From: Saccostrea echinata
Lineage: Eukaryota
DNA: 64,000 nucleotides
Assembly (NCBI RefSeq): GCF_033153115.1
Contig: NW_026889783.1
Location: forward strand, 6,076,001 to 6,140,000
Direction: 5' to 3'
This document shows positions 63,473 to 64,000 of this stretch, piece by piece (positions within the stretch are counted from its first letter, which is position 1; every line of letters begins with the position of its first letter). The notes under the pieces were generated by a model. That model worked only from the letters and a program-made list of their open reading frames with translations. It was not told where the DNA came from and made no database searches. Made by a program: the position numbers and the translations under genes.

Positions 63473-64000
63473 TCAACATTTTGTTTCATTTGTGCCTCTG
63501 GTGCCAGGTATGCTGGTAGCATTTTCAGACCCAAACTTGATCCATGTTTTTTGCGGTTTTGTCATTATGGATCTCCTCTTATCGACATCTCTCACGGATA
63601 GCGGTTCAATTCTCCGCTTTTTACATGGCAACAGACTGGCAAAACTTTTTCGGAAGTTTTCATTCATGAACGCATAAACAACGGGGTTGTAACAGCTGCT
63701 GCTCAAAGCCAGGCACTTCAGAAATGCTTTCCACTGCAAAGTGACATTTGGTGTCATGTTGGATGCCTTCTCTCCAACAGCATTGAACGTTTGAATAGGA
63801 AGCCAGCAAATAATAAAAAGTACCATCACGGTCACTAGCATCTTTATTGCGCGTTTTTTCTGTTTCAGACGATAAGAGTCGCTAGCTTTCACTGTTATCC
63901 CTATAGGTCTCCTTCCCCATAACTTAACAATTATAATTGTATAAAGAATCGTCATAACCAGAAGCGGAGCTACAAAAAGGTTCAGAAATGGCATCCACAG
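63473..64000 (-). CDS. Rhodopsin-class (class A) GPCR, peptide-receptor-like; TM5-TM7 and C-tail (5' part outside the window)
   Basis: PLLVMTILY (TM5), KKRAIKMLVTVMVLFIICWLP (TM6), SSCYNPVVYAFMNENFRK (TM7/helix 8), stop at 63473. Confidence 0.92.
   Translation of the reverse strand: MWMPFLNLFVAPLLVMTILYTIIIVKLWGRRPIGITVKASDSYRLKQKKRAIKMLVTVMVLFIICWLPIQTFNAVGEKASNMTPNVTLQWKAFLKCLALSSSCYNPVVYAFMNENFRKSFASLLPCKKRRIEPLSVRDVDKRRSIMTKPQKTWIKFGSENATSIPGTRGTNETKC

Overview
AT-rich, intron- and repeat-rich eukaryotic DNA with three N gaps. The repeat families look like those of an oyster-type bivalve, which is an inference from repeat content. Genes: a secreted protein with a CBM6/35-like N-terminus (3310-5618, -); a 7-exon class I eIF4E (16394-33290, +); an orphan single-exon ORF with an N-acylation motif (36973-37812, +); two tandem paralogs encoding short TIR+DBB (BCAP/PIK3AP1/Dof-like) adaptors without ankyrin repeats (41461-45030 and 47685-50502, -); a membrane-anchored UPF0489/C5orf22-like gene with a GC-AG intron (60190-62055, +); and the 3' part of a rhodopsin-class peptide GPCR (63473-64000, -). 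Mobile DNA: the probable 5' part of a DIRS/Ngaro-like element (SGNH hydrolase ORF upstream of a spliced gag-like exon), a Gypsy gag relic, about seven Penelope-like (Naiad-type) RT relics sharing a structured 3' module, Helentron-type HINEs, two three-level nests of DNA transposons in eIF4E introns, a tRNA-bearing miniature LTR element, tRNA-bearing TTAA-flanked elements and a Nin/Deu-type SINE. All family assignments come from motif recognition, not database searches.
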